Of a DNA stretch of 64,000 nt, positions 28,477 through 38,537 are shown piece after piece. The translations under genes and the position numbers were made by a program. Under the pieces are notes generated by a model. That model had not been told where the DNA came from, ran no database searches, and worked only from the letters and a program-made list of their open reading frames with translations. The stretch's first letter is position 1. Every line of letters begins with the position of its first letter. The DNA comes from an uncultured Gemmatimonadales bacterium. Lineage in GTDB: Bacteria; Gemmatimonadota; Gemmatimonadetes; Gemmatimonadales; GWC2-71-9. The DNA lies in assembly GCA_963828735.1 (NCBI GenBank), contig CAWHFW010000005.1, positions 2,240,001 through 2,304,000 of the forward strand. Reading direction: 5' to 3'.

Positions 28477-29966
28477 GAGCCGGCCAGCGCGCCGATCAAC
28501 CCGCGCGCCTTGTCCAGAGTTTCCCGGTATTCGAGCTCGGGATCGGAATCGGCCACGATTCCGCCGCCCGCCTGGAAGTATACCCGGCCCCGAAGCGCCA
28601 GATAGGTACGGATCACGATGCTCGTATCCATCGCGCCCGTCGTCGACAGATACCCGATGGAGCCGCAGTACACGCCGCGGCGGGACGGCTCGAGCTCGGC
28701 GATGATCTCCATCGCCCGGACCTTGGGCGCGCCCGTGATTGAGCCGCCTGGAAACGCCGCGCGAAGGAGCTGAATCGCATCCGCCGACGGGTCGAGCTCG
28801 CCGACGACGGTCGACACGAGATGATGCACGGTCGGATGCGCCTCGAGCGCGAACAGCTCGGGCACGCGGACGGTCCCCGCCTTGCACACCCGCGAGAGGT
28901 CGTTCCGCAGCAGATCCACGATCATCACGTTCTCGGCCCGGTCCTTGTCGCTCTCGGCGAGGGCGCGACCGAGCGCGGCGTCGTGCATCGGGCCGAGCCC
29001 GCGGGGACGGGTGCCCTTGATGGGGCGGGTCTCGACGTGGCGCCCGTTCTCGTCCAGCCGAAGGAACCGCTCCGGCGAGGCGCTCATCACGTGGTGGCTG
29101 CCGCAGTCGAGATAGGCGGCAAACGGGGCCGGATTCCGGCGCCGGAGGCGGGTGTAGAGATCGAACGGCGCCTCGGTGAGCGGCGACTGGAAACGCTGGG
29201 AGAGGTTGGCCTGGAAGATGTCCCCGGCGACGATGTAGTCGCGGACGCGAGTGACCGCGTCGAGGTAGCCGCGGTGCGTGAACGTCGAGCGGAGTCCGAT
29301 CGGCTCCGCCCGCTCCACGCCGAGCACCGGGTAGGACGGCGCCTCCGCCTCTACGGGCGGGAGGTGCGGACGTCCGCCGGTCGCGGGCCGTCGGGCGGGA
29401 CCGCCCAACCGCTCCCGCACCATCGCCAACCGCTCGCGCGCACGGACCTCGCGCGCCACGCCGGACTCGGGCAGCCCGGTCGAGATGATCCAGGCCGTTC
29501 CGACCCGGTGGTCCCACGCGATGACCCAGTCGTACAGGCCGAGAATGACGTCGGGGATCGCGAGGTCGTCGAACCGGGGCGCCGGCAGGCGCTCGAGGGC
29601 CGCGCCGTAGTCGTATCCGATGTACCCGGCGGCGCCTCCCTGGAATGGTGGCAGGCCCGAGACGGGCGCGGCGGCGAACGGCGCCAGCAGCTCCCCCACG
29701 GTGAGCAGGGGATCCGCGTCGGTAGGTGTCCACGGGAGGCCAGGGCCACCGATCTCCGTCGTCCGCCCCTTGCTGCGCACGATCCGCGCGGGGTCGGCGG
29801 CGAGGAACGAGTAGCGGCCGAGGTGGTGAGCGTCGCCCCCGCGCGGGGCGCCCGTGGCGCTGTCGAGAAACACGAGCCACGGAAGGTCGAGGAACCGGGC
29901 GACGACCGCGATCGGGTCCCCCGTCTCGCCCAGGTTGTCTACCAGCGGGGCCGCACGATCGTCCAT
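28473..29966 (-). CDS. pabB: Aminodeoxychorismate synthase component I
   Basis: FLDS, GDIFQANLSQRF, SPERFL, TRPIKGT, AENVMIVDLLRNDL, FPGGSITGAPK. Confidence 0.9.
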   Translation of the reverse strand: MDDRAAPLVDNLGETGDPIAVVARFLDLPWLVFLDSATGAPRGGDAHHLGRYSFLAADPARIVRSKGRTTEIGGPGLPWTPTDADPLLTVGELLAPFAAAPVSGLPPFQGGAAGYIGYDYGAALERLPAPRFDDLAIPDVILGLYDWVIAWDHRVGTAWIISTGLPESGVAREVRARERLAMVRERLGGPARRPATGGRPHLPPVEAEAPSYPVLGVERAEPIGLRSTFTHRGYLDAVTRVRDYIVAGDIFQANLSQRFQSPLTEAPFDLYTRLRRRNPAPFAAYLDCGSHHVMSASPERFLRLDENGRHVETRPIKGTRPRGLGPMHDAALGRALAESDKDRAENVMIVDLLRNDLSRVCKAGTVRVPELFALEAHPTVHHLVSTVVGELDPSADAIQLLRAAFPGGSITGAPKVRAMEIIAELEPSRRGVYCGSIGYLSTTGAMDTSIVIRTYLALRGRVYFQAGGGIVADSDPELEYRETLDKARGLIGALAGS

Positions 29967-31417
29967 TAGCGCGGGCCCCGCCGAGAGGGCGCGCCCGGGC
30001 GCCGGCGACGCGGCGTGAGCTTCACGTGGTCCGAGCGCAGCTCGTCGGGCGGTGTGAGATATCCCCACTGCAGCGCGCCTTCCTGCCGGTAGGTCTTGCC
30101 CAGCGTGATGGCGAGCTTGGCGCGGGCCAGCTCCCGTCCCAGATAGAACGCGTGGGTCGCCTCGTCCACGCCGAGCTGCGCGAAGATCTCCTGGATGTCG
30201 GTGCCGCGCACGAAGATCTCGTCGTTGAAGACGGTGATCGTGGTGCGGTCGGTGAAGATGCGGAAGTTGGGATCCTTGACGGCGGCGTGGAGCTGGCGGA
30301 GCTCGGCTTCGTCGTACTCGAGGATGACCGGGTCCTTCACCGTGACCAGTCGGTCGTCCACGTTCTTGGGCAGCGTGCGCTGCCGGACGGCGTGGTACAT
30401 GAGGCGGCGGGCGACGTCGATCTCGCGCACCGCGCCCCGTGCCCACGGAATCACTTCCGTCGTGAGCACGGCGCGGACGCCGGTCTCCTGGCAGATGGCG
30501 AGCAGCAGGGCGTGGACGCCGGTCGTGTCGGCGCTGGTGAGCTCGGTGATGTTGCCGACGCCCATCAGCTGCGCCGCGTCCGGATGACGACGGTGGATTT
30601 CGGCGTACCGCTCGAGCGAGGCGGTGAAGCCGAAGCCGATCGGCTCGATGACCGGATCGATGAGGTATCCCACGCCCCACCGCTCGAGCGCCTCGAGCGT
30701 GGCGGACAGGGTATCGATCCCCTCGCCGAAGTCCGGAATCGCGACGACGCGCGCACCCGTGCCGGCAAGCGCGCGCGCGACGTCGCGGTTGGAGCCGTTG
30801 ACGCTCAACACCAGCTCGGCGCCCGCCTCGACGGCCGCGCGGATCTCTCCCGGATCGAAGCTGTCCACGCTCACCCGCATACCCGCACCGCGGAGCTCGC
30901 GCACGATGTCGGGCAGCGCGGGAAAGGGAACGCCCGGGGTGCAGCCGAGGTCGATGATGTCGGCGCCGCTCGCGGCGAAGTAGTCCGCCGCGGCCCGAAC
31001 CGCCTCGCGGGACAGCTTCGGGGCGTTGTTGATCTCGGCGAGGATTTCGATGTCGTACTCCCCGTAGCTCACCGCGGCCTGGGCGTGGCCGAAGTAGCGG
31101 GGAATCTCGCGGAGGTCCTTCGGGCCCCTTTCCACGGGGACGCCGTAGCGCTCGCGCAGAACTTCGGTGTCGCCTTCGACGAGACCCGGCAGGAGCACCA
31201 GGTCGGTGTCGGGCGGCACCTCGAGGAACCGCGCGATCCATGGCGTCGTCATGAGCGCGGCCACGGTGATCTTCATGACCGCCACCGCCGCCTCGAACGG
31301 CGGCGCCATCTCGTCCAGGACACGCCGAAGCGCCGGCTCGGCGAGCCGGCCGGTGACAAACAGGACTTTGCGGGGCGCCGCGGCTGGTGCTACCGTGGAT
31401 CCCCCGGCCGAACCCAT
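29966..31417 (-). CDS. Dihydropteroate-synthase-like methanopterin biosynthesis protein
   Basis: LFVTGRLAE, VAALMT, RGPKDLR, DIIDLGC, DPVIEPIGFG, GVGNITEL, HAFYLGREL. Confidence 0.85.
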   Translation of the reverse strand: MGSAGGSTVAPAAAPRKVLFVTGRLAEPALRRVLDEMAPPFEAAVAVMKITVAALMTTPWIARFLEVPPDTDLVLLPGLVEGDTEVLRERYGVPVERGPKDLREIPRYFGHAQAAVSYGEYDIEILAEINNAPKLSREAVRAAADYFAASGADIIDLGCTPGVPFPALPDIVRELRGAGMRVSVDSFDPGEIRAAVEAGAELVLSVNGSNRDVARALAGTGARVVAIPDFGEGIDTLSATLEALERWGVGYLIDPVIEPIGFGFTASLERYAEIHRRHPDAAQLMGVGNITELTSADTTGVHALLLAICQETGVRAVLTTEVIPWARGAVREIDVARRLMYHAVRQRTLPKNVDDRLVTVKDPVILEYDEAELRQLHAAVKDPNFRIFTDRTTITVFNDEIFVRGTDIQEIFAQLGVDEATHAFYLGRELARAKLAITLGKTYRQEGALQWGYLTPPDELRSDHVKLTPRRRRPGAPSRRGPR

Positions 31418-31752
31418 TTGTTCGGCGTCCCCTCGAGCGCGCCACCCGTCGGTCGCCAGAGCGCGACCTCCTCGATCTTCCGCGCGAGCTCGAAGTCCTT
31501 GTCCGTGATCCCGCCGGCGGCGTGGTTCTGGAGCTTCACGGTCATCCGCCCCCACGTGACCGACAGGTCCGGGTGGTGGTAGGCCGCTTCCGCCAGGTAG
31601 CCGACGGCGTTCACCAGCATCAGGGTCGTGGGCCATCCGTCGGTCTTGAACACCCGTCGGATCCAGCCATCCTCGTAGTACCAGCCGGGCAGCGCCTTCA
31701 GCCGCTCGGTGATTTCTGCCTCGTCGTAGGTACGCTCTTTGGTCGCCGGCAT
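31390..31752 (-). CDS. Pterin-4a-carbinolamine dehydratase
   Basis: AEAAYHHPDL, H..GGITDKDFELA. Confidence 0.9.
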   Translation of the reverse strand: MPATKERTYDEAEITERLKALPGWYYEDGWIRRVFKTDGWPTTLMLVNAVGYLAEAAYHHPDLSVTWGRMTVKLQNHAAGGITDKDFELARKIEEVALWRPTGGALEGTPNKWVRPGDPR

Positions 31753-31779
31753 CTTGCTCTCCTTGCAGTGCGATTCCGT

Positions 31780-32529
31780 TTACATCACCACGCCACCGTT
31801 CACCATGATCATCTGTCCCGTCATGAACCGGGAATCGTCCGAGGCCAGGAAGACGGCTGCGCCGACGAGATCCTCTGGCCGGCCCCAGCGTCGGAGCGGC
31901 GTTCGCTCCGCGACGTCCCGGTGCCAGTCCTGGTCCGCCTGTTCGCCGAAGGCGGTCTCGATGAAGCCCGGCGCGAGGATGTTCACCCGGATCGCCGGCG
32001 CCACCTGCCGCGCGAGCGACCTGCTGAAGCTCGCGATACCGCCCTTGGCCGCCGAATACAGGATGGGATTCTCACCGGCCATGCCGACGGATACGTGATC
32101 CCACGACATGTTGATGATGACGCCGCCCCGCTCGCGCATCGACTCTACCGCCGCCCAGGAGGCCAGGATGGTCCCGCGCAGATCCACGGCGAGCACGAGG
32201 TCCAGCTTCTCGCGCCGGGACAGACGGCCGCCGGCGCCGGTGAGGATATCGGCCCCGGCGTTGTTGATCCAGGCGTCGACCCGCCCGAGTCGCTCGCCGA
32301 GAGCGTTCGCCAGCGCGGAGACGTCAGCGTCCTGGCTGAGGTCCACCCTCAGCACCTCGGCGCGGCGGCCGAGGGAGCGGATGGTCTGTGCCGTCTCCTC
32401 GGCGCCCTCGGCGTTGCCGCGATAGGTCACCGCGAGGTCGGCGCCTTCGCGAGCGCAGCCTACGGCGATCGCGCGGCCGATACCGCTGGACGCGCCGGTC
32501 ACCAGCACGATCTTGCCGTCCAGCCTCAC
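31780..32529 (-). CDS. Short-chain dehydrogenase/reductase
   Basis: TGASSGIG, NNAG, YSAAK, IRVNILAPG. Confidence 0.9.
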   Translation of the reverse strand: MRLDGKIVLVTGASSGIGRAIAVGCAREGADLAVTYRGNAEGAEETAQTIRSLGRRAEVLRVDLSQDADVSALANALGERLGRVDAWINNAGADILTGAGGRLSRREKLDLVLAVDLRGTILASWAAVESMRERGGVIINMSWDHVSVGMAGENPILYSAAKGGIASFSRSLARQVAPAIRVNILAPGFIETAFGEQADQDWHRDVAERTPLRRWGRPEDLVGAAVFLASDDSRFMTGQMIMVNGGVVM

Positions 32530-32612
32530 GCCGCCTCCCCTCGCTCGAACCTGCGCGCTAACTTCAAGAATCCCAACATATCAGGGCCATAGCAACTCAC
32601 AAGGGAGTCCGG

Positions 32613-33344
32613 ATGCGGCTGTTGGTGAGCGTGCGATCGGCGGCGGAGGTCGGGACGGCGGTGGCGGGTGGCGCGCGGATCGTGGATGCCAAGGAGCCTG
32701 GGCGCGGGTCGCTCGGCGCGGTCGACGCCGGAACGCTCCGCGCGATCGCCGGCGCGCTGCCGCCGGGAGTGCCGCTCAGCGTGGCTCTGGGCGACCTGAC
32801 GGCCCCTGCCGCGCTCGCCACTGCGCTTTCGGTGCTCGACCGCATCGTGGAACGCCCGGAGGAGCTGTACGTGAAAGTCGGACTCGCTGGCATCGAGCAA
32901 CCATTCGCGGCGCGAGCGGTACTCGCGGCGGCAGTGGACGCGGCAGCGCGCACGCCGCTCCGGCCCGATGTCGTGGCGGTCGCGTACGCTGATCATGCCG
33001 GTGCCCGTGCCCTGTCACGCGAGGCGATTACGGCGCTGGCCGGCGAAACGGGCGCGCGCGGTGTCCTGATCGACACCTGGATCAAGGACGGCCGCGACAT
33101 CTTCGCCTGGGCCACGATCCACGAGCTCGAGGACTGGGTAGGTCAGTCGAAGTCCCGCGGCCTCCTCACCGGGGTCGCAGGCTCGCTTACGGCGGATGGG
33201 GTGCAGCGAGTGGCCGCGCTGTCGCCGGATGTGGTCGGCGTGCGGGGCGCGGCGTGTTCCGGCGGCCGCCTGGGGTTGGTGGAAGAGCTGCGGGTTCGCG
33301 GGCTCGCCAACGCACTGAGAGAGCCAGTCGGCGGAGCGGTATAA
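32613..33344 (+). CDS. mfnB: (5-formylfuran-3-yl)methyl phosphate synthase, MfnB-like
   Basis: LLVSVRS, DAKEP.RGSLGA, SVALGD, YVKVGL, VAYAD, LIDT..KDG, AGSL, GVRGAAC. Confidence 0.85.
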   Translation: MRLLVSVRSAAEVGTAVAGGARIVDAKEPGRGSLGAVDAGTLRAIAGALPPGVPLSVALGDLTAPAALATALSVLDRIVERPEELYVKVGLAGIEQPFAARAVLAAAVDAAARTPLRPDVVAVAYADHAGARALSREAITALAGETGARGVLIDTWIKDGRDIFAWATIHELEDWVGQSKSRGLLTGVAGSLTADGVQRVAALSPDVVGVRGAACSGGRLGLVEELRVRGLANALREPVGGAV

Positions 33345-33354
33345 CTTGTTGATA
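33342..33354. promoter_or_regulatory. IHF-like binding site
   Basis: TAACTTGTTGATA matches YAANNNNTTGATW within an AT-rich patch. Confidence 0.4.
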
Positions 33355-33434
33355 CAAATGCAGTTTGTGGCAACTCAGCGCGCTTCTGCTTCGGCGGTTT
33401 TCGGGTTATATTCAGGCCAATCGCGGAGGCCCGA

Positions 33435-33737
33435 ATGCCCGACCCATTTCCCGATCTGAATGCGTTCCCCATCGACCCCGTGCGCCTCGAGCGCTGCCTC
33501 GAGCTCCGCACCTTCCATCTGGATTCCGGTCGGTATCAAATCGTTGGGGGCGCCCAAACGCACTGGGTCGACCTGTTCTCCGCCGACGTTCCCCGCTGCG
33601 ATTGCGGCGACCATCTGTGGCGCGAGCGAGCCTGCAAGCACATTCTCGCCGCGCTCTTGCGCGAAGGTGACGAGCGGGTGCTCGCTGCCTTGCGCGATCT
33701 GATCGCCTCCGCTCGAAGCCGTCCGCTCGCCGCCTGA
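33435..33737 (+). CDS. SWIM zinc-finger protein
   Basis: CDCGD-x7-CKH motif; GGAGG RBS. Confidence 0.75.
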   Translation: MPDPFPDLNAFPIDPVRLERCLELRTFHLDSGRYQIVGGAQTHWVDLFSADVPRCDCGDHLWRERACKHILAALLREGDERVLAALRDLIASARSRPLAA

Positions 33738-33824
33738 CGCGAATTGCCGGAAAGGCGCCAGGCACCCGCCTGCTGCGGCCCGTCCAACTGTCCGCCCCAC
33801 AAGCTTTTTCGTCTCATGCCCCGT

Positions 33825-33840
33825 GGGGCATAAGCCTTGC
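33825..33840 (+). promoter_or_regulatory. Possible sigma54 -24/-12 promoter for the GGDEF-EAL gene
   Basis: GG-CATAAGCCTT-GC (GG-N10-GC, TTGC at -12). Confidence 0.4.
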
Positions 33841-33919
33841 CGACTGGCGCGACCGTGTTGGCGTGCAACGCGTTGCGCGCCACGGATCCGATCTTCCCCA
33901 AAGCGACGAGCTGAACCAG

Positions 33920-36835
33920 GTGACGCTAGCTCCGGCACCGCTGCAGAGCAGGTTCGGGCGACGCCTACTCCTGCTCTTCGTAGGCTGTGCAGTGCTTCCG
34001 ATCGCACTGGTCGCCGCCGTGTCCTACGGCCACATCACCCGGGAGCTTCGCAGTCAAAGCGAGGCCCGGCTGCATCAGGCCAACAAAGCCATGGGCCTCG
34101 CGCTGTATGAGCGTCTACTCCTGCTCGACGCCACGCTCAAGAGCATCCCGCCGCGTGTGCTCCGCCAACTTCAGACAGTCTCGGACCAGCCCGATGCGAA
34201 CCGGATGCTCAACACCGGCCTCGACCTGCTCGCGAGCCAGCGATTCGTCGCGCTCGAGTTCGCGGACGATGACGGCACGCACCTCCCCGTCTTCGGCACG
34301 CTCGAGCAGCCGCCGGCGCTCACGGCCGCGGATCAGGACGACCTCGGTGCCGGCCTCCCGCTGATCCTGAGCCGACCGCGCGCCGGCGGGCCCGCGCGCA
34401 CGTTCCTGCTGCGCCGGGTCGACCGGGCGGGCGAGGTTCGCGGCACGCTGATCGGCGAGGTGAGTCCGGAATTCCTGTGGGGAACGCTCGCCTCGAACCT
34501 CCCGTCGCCCAGTACGGTGATCGCGGTGGTCGCGGAACCCGGCGACACGCTGTTCCGTTCGACCCAGGCCGATCTCGTCTCGCAGGCGGATCCGATCACC
34601 GAAGCGGCGCCAATCGACCCCATGCCCGGGTCGGCGGCCTCGCCGGCCCGGGCGTTCGTGTCGTCCTCCTGGCCGGTGCTCCTCGACGAAGTCTTCGCGG
34701 CACCGACCTGGACGCTGGTGCTGAGCGAGTCGGAAGACGAGGTCCTCGGCCCGCTCGCGCGCTTTACTCGATTGTTCGGCTGGGCCGTCCTGCTCGCGGG
34801 TCTCGCCGTGCTGGTCCTGAGCGGCAGCCAGATTCGGCGAAGCCTGATCCCGCTGGTGGAGCTCCGGGAGGGAACGCGACGTATCGCGCACCGGGACTTC
34901 GGCAGCCGCGTCTCGGTGTCCAGCCGGGACGAGTTCGAGGAGCTGGCGACCTCGTTCAACGCCATGGCGGTCGAGCTCGGGCGCCAGTTTCAGGCGCTCT
35001 CGACCGCCGCGGAGCTCGATCGCGCCGTCCTCTCGGCCACGGACGCCGAATCCATCGTGGATACCCTGCTGTCCCGCACCCGCGACGTCTTTCCGTGCCA
35101 CCTCGTCGGCGTAACGCTGGTGACGCCCGACGGGGGAAAGTCGCTGAATGGCGTGATGTATGACTACTGCGACGAAGCACGCCACCCGACCCGTGTGGAG
35201 CTTCGCTCGGAGGACGTGCAGGACCTCCTCGAAGGACCCGACCTCGTCCAACTCGACGTCGAGGGTGACACGTTGCCGCGCTATCTCGAGCCCCTCGTCC
35301 GGCTCGGGCCGCGGACGGTCGTGGTGTTGCCGCTCCGATTCCGGCGGCAGCTCGTCGGCATGCTCATGCTCGGCGATCGCAGCGGCACGTCCGCGCGTGC
35401 CGAGGAGCACGTGCAGATCCGCCGCCTCGCCGATCAGGTGGCCGTCGCGTTGGCCAACGCGCGGATGCTGGAGCAGGTCCGATCCCTGGCCTACTACGAC
35501 AGCCTGACCGGGCTGCCGAACCGCCTCTCCTATAAGGAAAGGCTCGGGCAGGCACTGGACCACGCGCGGCGGAACGGGAAGCTCGTCGCGGCCTTCTTCA
35601 TCGACCTCGACCATTTCAGCCGGATCAACGACACGCTGGGCCACGAGGCCGGCGACCAGCTCCTTCAGCAGGTCGCGCTTCGCCTCCGCGCCTGCTGCCG
35701 GGACCGGGAAGACGAGGTCGGGCCGGCCCAGGCCGCAATTGCCGCCGACGTGGCGCGTCTGGGTGGCGACGAGTTCACGGTGATCATGCCGGGCCTCGCG
35801 AGCGCCGAGGATGCGGGCAAGCTCGCCCGCCGGATCCTCAGCACTCTGGCGCATCCCATTCCGGTCGAGGGCCAGGAGATCTTCGTCAACGCCAGCATCG
35901 GGATCGCGATCTATCCCGACGACGGTGAGGACCTCGAAACCCTCCTGATGCACGCCGACACGGCCATGTACAAGGCCAAGGAGCAGGGGGGGAGCAGCTA
36001 TCAGGCGTATTCACGGGCGATGAACGCGAGCGCGCTGCAGCGGCTCACGCTCGAGAACGCGCTCCGCCGCGCGATCGAGCGGGAGGAGTTCGAGCTGCAC
36101 TATCAGCCCGTCGTCGATGCTCGCACGGGCGCGGTGGTCGGCGCCGAGGCTCTGGTGCGGTGGCGGCATCCCGAGCTGGGCCTGCTGCTCCCATCGGAGT
36201 TCATCGCGCTCGCCGAGGAGAACGGACTCATCGTGCCGCTCGGCGAATGGGTGCTCGAAGAGGCGTGCAGCCAGAACCGGACATGGCAGGGCGCGGGCCT
36301 CCCGCCCATTCGGGTCGTCGTGAATCTGTCCAGTCGACAGCTTCGCCGTTCGTTTCCCGACACCGTCTCCAGCGTGCTCCAGCGCACCGGACTCGAGGCC
36401 CGTTTCCTCGGGCTCGAGCTCACCGAAAGCCTGCTGGTCAATCACCAGCGGGAGAACATGGACACGCTGCACGCGCTGCGTGCCACCGGGCTGCACCTGG
36501 CGGTCGACGACTTCGGGACCGGGTACTCGTCGTTCAGCTACCTCAAACACCTGCCGCTCGACGCCCTCAAGATCGATCGATCCTTCGTCCGCGAGATCAC
36601 GACCTCGCCGGACGACGCGGCCATCACGACGGCCATCATCGCGATGGCGCACGCCCTCAATCTCAAGGTGGTGGGTGAAGGGATCGAGACGGAGGCGCAG
36701 CGGGCGGTGCTGGTGCAGCAGGGATGCGACGAGATGCAGGGGTACTTGTTCAGCCGGCCCGTCGTCGCGGAACAGTTGGCGCAGTTCCTGGCCCGGACGC
36801 CGGCGCAGCAGTCGCGGAGGTTGCGGACGGCGTAA
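33920..36835 (+). CDS. Membrane sensor HAMP-GAF-GGDEF-EAL diguanylate cyclase/phosphodiesterase
   Basis: 2 TMs, HAMP (DEFEELATSFNAM), YDSLTGLPNR, LGGDEF, EALVRW, DDFGTGYSS, KIDRSF. Confidence 0.92.
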   Translation: MTLAPAPLQSRFGRRLLLLFVGCAVLPIALVAAVSYGHITRELRSQSEARLHQANKAMGLALYERLLLLDATLKSIPPRVLRQLQTVSDQPDANRMLNTGLDLLASQRFVALEFADDDGTHLPVFGTLEQPPALTAADQDDLGAGLPLILSRPRAGGPARTFLLRRVDRAGEVRGTLIGEVSPEFLWGTLASNLPSPSTVIAVVAEPGDTLFRSTQADLVSQADPITEAAPIDPMPGSAASPARAFVSSSWPVLLDEVFAAPTWTLVLSESEDEVLGPLARFTRLFGWAVLLAGLAVLVLSGSQIRRSLIPLVELREGTRRIAHRDFGSRVSVSSRDEFEELATSFNAMAVELGRQFQALSTAAELDRAVLSATDAESIVDTLLSRTRDVFPCHLVGVTLVTPDGGKSLNGVMYDYCDEARHPTRVELRSEDVQDLLEGPDLVQLDVEGDTLPRYLEPLVRLGPRTVVVLPLRFRRQLVGMLMLGDRSGTSARAEEHVQIRRLADQVAVALANARMLEQVRSLAYYDSLTGLPNRLSYKERLGQALDHARRNGKLVAAFFIDLDHFSRINDTLGHEAGDQLLQQVALRLRACCRDREDEVGPAQAAIAADVARLGGDEFTVIMPGLASAEDAGKLARRILSTLAHPIPVEGQEIFVNASIGIAIYPDDGEDLETLLMHADTAMYKAKEQGGSSYQAYSRAMNASALQRLTLENALRRAIEREEFELHYQPVVDARTGAVVGAEALVRWRHPELGLLLPSEFIALAEENGLIVPLGEWVLEEACSQNRTWQGAGLPPIRVVVNLSSRQLRRSFPDTVSSVLQRTGLEARFLGLELTESLLVNHQRENMDTLHALRATGLHLAVDDFGTGYSSFSYLKHLPLDALKIDRSFVREITTSPDDAAITTAIIAMAHALNLKVVGEGIETEAQRAVLVQQGCDEMQGYLFSRPVVAEQLAQFLARTPAQQSRRLRTA

Positions 36836-36889
36836 TGGCGGTTCTATGCGTTGCGGCCGCCGGAGGGACGTCCCTCCGTAGGACCGGTC

Positions 36890-37459
36890 TCACCCTCTCC
36901 CCAACGCCTCCTCTACGCGCTCCCATCCGACCACCACGCAGGGCATCCCCGCCGGCCGCACCGATTCGAAGCACGCATCGGTGAGCTCGGGGCCGGGCGC
37001 GCCGGCCGTCGGCTTGACCAGGATCAACCGCTCAGCGTCGAGCGCACCGGCCACGAACGCGGCCACGCTGTCACTGGTGGCATCCCACGTGTGTGGCAGG
37101 ACGTCGGCCGCGCGCATCCAGCGATAGGGTGCGAGCACGGCGACGCCCGCGGTGCCGAGTGCCGAGGAGATCGCACCCGGCTCTTCCAGGAGTGGGGCGG
37201 GAATGCGCTCGGCAAGGACGTGCGCGTACTGATCCATCGCGAGGATCGCCATCCAGTGTGCCGCGTCGGCGGAGAGCCGCTCGACCCGCTCGAATTCGCG
37301 GACGGCGTCCGCGAACGGGCCGCCGCCTGGCACGACGAGGAGCCGCGTGCACCGGCCGGCTGCCGCGATGGCGGCACCTACCGCGTCGAGCGCGCCGGGG
37401 GTGGCGCTCAAACCGCCCCCGACCTTGATGACGGTGAGCCCTCCGTTCCCGCCGCTCAT
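36890..37459 (-). CDS. Amino-acid-kinase family protein, MfnE-like
   Basis: VIKVGGGL, VPGGGPFAD.VR, AHWMAI.AM, PHTWDATSDS. Confidence 0.82.
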   Translation of the reverse strand: MSGGNGGLTVIKVGGGLSATPGALDAVGAAIAAAGRCTRLLVVPGGGPFADAVREFERVERLSADAAHWMAILAMDQYAHVLAERIPAPLLEEPGAISSALGTAGVAVLAPYRWMRAADVLPHTWDATSDSVAAFVAGALDAERLILVKPTAGAPGPELTDACFESVRPAGMPCVVVGWERVEEALGRG

Positions 37460-38505
37460 TCGCTTCCGCTCAGCTCTGCCGCCAGGAGCCAGCCGACGGC
37501 GGCAGCCGGCGCCACGCGAGCCGCCGTCCCCAGCCGATCCGCGAGCGCGATGACCTCGAGGCCGACCCGGCGCGCGGCGTCCGCGGCGATGAAATCGCCC
37601 AGGCCGGCCACCACCGCCGCCTTCGCGCCCGGGGAGGCGGCGTGGACGCGGCGGAGGCCCGCGGCGACCAGGGCAACCTGCGCCTCGGCGATCGTGCCGG
37701 CGATGCGCGCGATCGCCTGCTCGTCCAGGATCTCGCGGTCGCCGCAGACGACGCGGGCCAACCGCTCGCCCGCGTGCTCGCGGGTCACCGGTCGGCCGTC
37801 CGCGGTCGGCGCCGTATAGTCGTCCGGCGCGAGGGTACCGAGCCACACGTGGGCGTCACCGGTCGTCGCGAACCCTTCCGCCGACACCGCGGCCAGTCCA
37901 TCCCAGAGGGGCACCTCGCGCACCAGCGCCTCGGCGGGCGTGCGAACCGCGCCGGTGTACAGCAGCTCGCCGGTCAGCAGCCGCGCGGGATCGGTTCGAC
38001 CGCGCGCGACGACTCGTCCGTCCGCGATCGGGATGATGTCGGTGGAGGTCGTGCCGATATCCACGAGGATCGCGTCCGGGACGTCCCGGGCCACCAGCGT
38101 TGCCGTCGCCACCCAGTTCGACGCGCCGATCTCGAGCGGCCGGCCTCGCGCCTCCGCGGAGCCCACGAACCGGCCGTCCACCGTGAACACCCGGACCGGG
38201 TCGCGGGGGAAGGCGGTCGCCACCGCGTCCAGCACGAACGCGACGCCTTCCCGCTTGGTACGAAAGGCCTGCGACAGCTCGGCCGTCATGGTGACGGCGT
38301 GCGGCCAGCCCGCCGCCCAATCGAGCCTGCGCGCCAGGGCCAGAAGCGTGTCGGCGAGCGCCGCAGGGTTGCGCTGGATCTCGAACGGAAGCGAGGCGCT
38401 CCGAAGCCCCGGAGCTCCGCCGTTTTGCCGCTCGACGCGTGCGGCCTTGATGTTGACCCCGCCGATGTCCCACCCGAGCACGGGGCCGCGCTCGCGACTG
38501 GTCAT
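37456..38505 (-). CDS. Hydantoinase/oxoprolinase-family protein, MfnF-like
   Basis: GWDIGGVNIK, VTMTAEL, ASNW.ATA, VDIGTTSTDIIP, LLYTG.VRT, AGLG. Confidence 0.85.
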   Translation of the reverse strand: MTSRERGPVLGWDIGGVNIKAARVERQNGGAPGLRSASLPFEIQRNPAALADTLLALARRLDWAAGWPHAVTMTAELSQAFRTKREGVAFVLDAVATAFPRDPVRVFTVDGRFVGSAEARGRPLEIGASNWVATATLVARDVPDAILVDIGTTSTDIIPIADGRVVARGRTDPARLLTGELLYTGAVRTPAEALVREVPLWDGLAAVSAEGFATTGDAHVWLGTLAPDDYTAPTADGRPVTREHAGERLARVVCGDREILDEQAIARIAGTIAEAQVALVAAGLRRVHAASPGAKAAVVAGLGDFIAADAARRVGLEVIALADRLGTAARVAPAAAVGWLLAAELSGSE

Positions 38506-38537
38506 TGGGCTTCGGTCCCTGATAAGTTGGGGTGACC

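Noticed and set aside
27802..29966. trpE/trpG anthranilate synthase
   Set aside because: PIKGT motif (PabB-type rather than PIAGT) and a pterin operon context with no other trp genes
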